Assembly: GCA_013375475.1 (NCBI GenBank)
Contig: JABXKD010000105.1
Coordinates: 1-10,583 of the forward strand
Source of the DNA: Promethearchaeota archaeon
GTDB lineage: Archaea > Asgardarchaeota > Lokiarchaeia > Sigyniarchaeales > SOKP01
DNA length: 10,583 nt
Direction: 5' to 3'
Below the pieces are notes generated by a model that did not search any database, was not told the origin of the DNA, and saw only the letters and a program-made list of their open reading frames with translations. Within the stretch, counting starts at the first letter, position 1. The number at the start of each line of letters is the position of its first letter. A program made the position numbers and the translations under genes. Shown here piece by piece: positions 7,999-10,583 of this stretch.

Positions 7999-9129
7999 AT
8001 GACTCAAACAGAAACCATATCCTTGGAAGATCAAATAAAACAGTTGGCTTTAGAAGAAGGAGCAGCACTAATCGGCATTTGTTCTGCTGAAAGCATTAAA
8101 GATAAAGAATTTTCAGACCCAAATTTTTTACTCCCCGGCGCTAAGTCAGTAATCAGCATCGCGATAAATTTTGATGATGAAAAAGTCAGCAAATATTTAT
8201 CAAAAGAAGAATACTTACCTCTATGTCATGAAGAGGGATATACAACTAAAAATCTAAAAAGAGTAGCTGAGAAAATAAAAATATTTCTTGTAGAAAAAGG
8301 ATTTGAAGCCCACAATTGCGATTGTAATTATGATTATAGAAATGTGAATAGGGCGAGTAAGGTCGTTGTCTCTAGTATTAGGACTTTAGTTGATCTCATA
8401 AATAAGAATATGAATAGAAACATAGATTTGACAACTCAAGAGGTAAAAACATTAAATCGGTTGAAAAAATTGATTTTACCGGGGCTTAGGAAAACACCAA
8501 TGCATTTAATACCCTCGCTATCACATCGGTGCGTCGCTGTTGCTGCAGGGATAGGAAGAATTGGATGGAGTGGAAATCTACTCACGGAAAAATATGGAGC
8601 ACGAGTTCTACTGAATTCAATTATAACAGATGCAGATTTAATACCCGATAAACCATTGAAAAACAATCCATGTACAAAATGTAAACTTTGTGAAAAAGCG
8701 TGCCAAGGAGGACTTTTTAGTAGGGATGAAGAACAAACAATTAAAATAGCGGGTATAGAAGAAACTATTGCGAAACGGAATAGTTATGCATATTGTATTG
8801 CTGTTTGTAGCGGAATGTCAGGTCAGAATAAGTTTAAAGAATGGTCGACTTGGTCTCCTTTTCGCTTTGATGGAATTGAGAACCTTCCTTTAGATAATTC
8901 TGTTGATGATTATGTTAAAAATATGTTCGCCGAAGGTATTAAAAAAGGAGGTCAACAAGCTGAAAACGTTTTAAGACTAGTTGCTAATACTTTTTTAGGC
9001 CGTAATAATAAACCTGCAGAAGATTTTAGACCTTCTTGTGGTTTTTGTCAAATGGTATGTTCGGGGAATGATTTAAATAAGACTAAAGAAAACTATAACC
9101 TCATAGTAAATTCTGGTTGTATTGAATAA
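7999..9129 (+). CDS. Cobalamin-dependent 2x[4Fe-4S] reductase of the QueG / reductive dehalogenase superfamily
   Basis: DPNFLLPGAKSVISIA, SHRCVAVAAGIGRIGWSGNLLTEKYGARVLLNSIITDA, C225xxCxxCxxxC235, C266/C270, C347xxCxxxC354. No twin-arginine signal. Confidence 0.85.
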   Translation: MTQTETISLEDQIKQLALEEGAALIGICSAESIKDKEFSDPNFLLPGAKSVISIAINFDDEKVSKYLSKEEYLPLCHEEGYTTKNLKRVAEKIKIFLVEKGFEAHNCDCNYDYRNVNRASKVVVSSIRTLVDLINKNMNRNIDLTTQEVKTLNRLKKLILPGLRKTPMHLIPSLSHRCVAVAAGIGRIGWSGNLLTEKYGARVLLNSIITDADLIPDKPLKNNPCTKCKLCEKACQGGLFSRDEEQTIKIAGIEETIAKRNSYAYCIAVCSGMSGQNKFKEWSTWSPFRFDGIENLPLDNSVDDYVKNMFAEGIKKGGQQAENVLRLVANTFLGRNNKPAEDFRPSCGFCQMVCSGNDLNKTKENYNLIVNSGCIE

Positions 9130-9372
9130 ACAAGTACTCCCATATTCTCTTTATTATAATTTACGATTCTTGTTCTAGTCATTTCCAAAGAAATCTTTAT
9201 ATAATACTAAATAGAAATATTGATTTTGAAAATCTCTATTAAGTTTTGTGGGATTTTTACCGCTTTTATTATAAGATTTATTGATTCTTTAATATGTTAA
9301 AAAACAAATCTTTAAAAACGAAATCAAATAACTTTAACAAGAATTTAATTAATTAGACAATTTTATAACGAT

Positions 9373-9383
9373 AAAGGAGAGGT
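9373..9383 (+). promoter_or_regulatory. Shine-Dalgarno sequence of the Lys-rich microprotein
   Basis: AAAGGAGAGGT ending 8 nt before ATG 9392; the strongest SD-like motif I see in front of any start codon in this window. Confidence 0.75.
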
Positions 9384-9391
9384 ATAATCTA

Positions 9392-9481
9392 ATGGCAAAA
9401 AAGAAAGCTCCGGCAAAAAAGAAAGCTCCGGCAAAAAAGAAAGCCCCAGCTAAGAAAAAAGCTCCAGCTAAGAAAAAATAA
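9392..9481 (+). CDS. 29-aa Lys/Ala/Pro repeat microprotein MAKKKAPAKKKAPAKKKAPAKKKAPAKKK (histone H1 tail-like)
   Basis: ATG to TAA with a strong SD and downstream T10 tract. All differences among the 18-nt repeat units are synonymous third-position changes. Confidence 0.85.
   Translation: MAKKKAPAKKKAPAKKKAPAKKKAPAKKK
9395..9478 (+). repeat. 18-nt tandem repeat, about 4.7 copies, coding AKKKAP
   Basis: gcaaaaaagaaagctccg x2, gcaaaaaagaaagcccca, gctaagaaaaaagctcca, gctaagaaaaaa. Confidence 0.95.
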
Positions 9482-9492
9482 CGATCTAATAG

Positions 9493-9523
9493 TGGAAAGA
9501 GATCGAACTTCCGTTTTTTTTTT
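9493..9523 (+). terminator. Hairpin plus T10 terminator after the microprotein
   Basis: TGGAAAG...CTTCCG imperfect stem directly followed by ten T (9514-9523). Confidence 0.65.
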
Positions 9524-9558
9524 ATTATTATTATTATAGTTTAATTACAGATTAAAAT

Positions 9559-9620
9559 GAAAGGAACTAATAATAGCGTTGAAAAAAAAAATATTCCTAG
9601 TGTTAGGAATAGCTCCTTTC
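9559..9620. repeat. Nested inverted repeats; includes a minus-strand terminator-like hairpin plus T10
   Basis: Outer GAAAGGAACTA (9559-9569) / TAGCTCCTTTC (9610-9620), 10 of 11 complementary. Inner perfect TATTCCTA-GTGT-TAGGAATA (9592-9611), preceded by A10 (9582-9591). Confidence 0.7.
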
Positions 9621-9654
9621 GATAAAAAGCTTAATATTGGTGAGACATGTAAAA

Positions 9655-10395
9655 ATGACTGTTAAAATAGTAAAAGATTATTATCTTAAAAGAACACCAA
9701 AATTGATGATGGAATTTTCTAAACACATAGAAGTTGCGAGAAATCTTCTAATAAGTAAGTTTTCTGATGATAAAATCAATGCGTTATTTACTGAAATGAA
9801 AGCCGAATATGAGAAGTTAATCCCAGAAATACCTTATATCGGAGGAAATAAAAATTCATTTACTAGTCTCCTTGTTGGTGGTATATCCAGTCTCGCTATT
9901 TTTTATGTTTTAGAAAGAGAGGGATTTAAACTTCGAGAAATTGGGGAATTCTATATTAAATTCCGAGATATAAATAACACAATCAGAAAAAGAAATCTGG
10001 AGAAAATTGGGAAAGATCCAGCTCAATATCCCTTTGAATCAGTCTATATTGATTATGCTAAAAAACTTTGCGAAACATCAAAATTAAGAAATTATCCAGA
10101 TGACTGGGTTGCGGATTATGTCGAGGGTGACGGCAGAACTTTTGAGTGGGGATTTAATTTTCACGAATGTGGAATTCAAAAAGTATTGAAGAGGTTGGAT
10201 GCTGAAAGATTTGTTCCTTTTTTTTGTTTAGCTGACTTTTCTGAAGCAAATATTTTAGGATTTGGATTCTCTCGTACTCAAACCTTGGGATTTGGTGCCC
10301 CTTTATGTGACCATAGGTATGTAAAAAATTATGAAACTCCCAGCGGATGGCCACCAGACGACTTCCCGGAATTTAACAAAAACCTGATTCCATAA
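9655..10395 (+). CDS. L-2-amino-thiazoline-4-carboxylic acid hydrolase (ATC_hydrolase) family protein, function uncertain
   Basis: IPYIGG.KN, FHECGIQK, FCLADF and RTQTLGFGAPLCDHRY motifs. ATG 9655 is preceded by GGTGA (9639-9643), so it is preferred over TTG 9637. Confidence 0.8.
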   Translation: MTVKIVKDYYLKRTPKLMMEFSKHIEVARNLLISKFSDDKINALFTEMKAEYEKLIPEIPYIGGNKNSFTSLLVGGISSLAIFYVLEREGFKLREIGEFYIKFRDINNTIRKRNLEKIGKDPAQYPFESVYIDYAKKLCETSKLRNYPDDWVADYVEGDGRTFEWGFNFHECGIQKVLKRLDAERFVPFFCLADFSEANILGFGFSRTQTLGFGAPLCDHRYVKNYETPSGWPPDDFPEFNKNLIP

Positions 10396-10415
10396 ATATC
10401 ATAGTTGAGTTATCT

Positions 10416-10583
10416 ATGAACGAAAAGAAAGACCAGAAAGTCTTAGATAATTTAAAAGTCCTTTTTGAGCAAGTTTTTAAAAAAGAAAGAAGCGAGTCGT
10501 ATCGAGATATCTTCCGAGAAGTATATGGAGATGATTATCCCGAAGATGCTAACCCAGATAGCTTCGTTACAATTACTGATTTG
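10416..10583 (+). CDS. Probable class I SAM-dependent methyltransferase, N-terminal part (truncated by window)
   Basis: MNEKKDQKVLDNLKVLFEQVFKKERSESYRDIFREVYGDDYPEDANPDSFVTITDL, open to the window edge. IFREVYGDDYP..SFVT..DL resembles the leader preceding motif I in a methyltransferase subfamily, but motif I itself is not visible. Confidence 0.6.
   Translation, partial: MNEKKDQKVLDNLKVLFEQVFKKERSESYRDIFREVYGDDYPEDANPDSFVTITDL

Noticed and set aside
8436-8666. Minus-strand 76-aa ORF
   Set aside because: Antisense to the conserved core of the QueG/RdhA-like gene.
9222-9234. Palindrome GATTTT-G-AAAATC upstream of the microprotein
   Set aside because: A 6-bp AT-rich arm is expected by chance at this base composition.
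9395-9478. Tandem repeat as a CRISPR array or non-coding VNTR
   Set aside because: No spacers and no cas genes. The unit is a multiple of 3 with only synonymous variation, so it is coding.
9557-9623. SECIS-like element (ATGA ... GA flanking a stem)
   Set aside because: The best pairing uses the GA of ATGA in Watson-Crick pairs, so no G.A quartet register forms, and no nearby gene has an in-frame TGA.
10154-10354. Minus-strand 66-aa ORF
   Set aside because: Antisense shadow of the ATC-hydrolase-family gene.

Overview
AT-rich prokaryotic window, probably archaeal and possibly Asgard/Lokiarchaeia-like. That assignment is inferred from gene content (QueG/RdhA-like Fe-S protein, ATC-hydrolase family, alkyl-sulfatase-like MBL) and from TATA-like and oligo-T signals; no marker gene is present. 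The left part (1-3853) looks like a decaying light/UV-response cluster: an aldo-keto reductase, an SDR lacking the catalytic Tyr, a signal-less fasciclin, an unannotated class II photolyase relic whose N- and C-termini are joined by a large deletion, and a DUF523-DUF1722 (RudS/YbgA-type) gene split by one in-frame TAG. The middle holds an MFS exporter, a Staygreen (Mg-dechelatase-like) homologue, a methyltransferase, an alkyl-sulfatase-like hydrolase and a cobalamin/Fe-S reductase. The ORF track misses a 29-aa gene at 9392-9481, MAKKK(APAKKK)4, with its own ribosome-binding site and terminator and only synonymous differences between repeats. It is a candidate stand-alone histone-H1-tail-like polycation. 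The window ends with an ATC-hydrolase-family gene and a partial probable methyltransferase.
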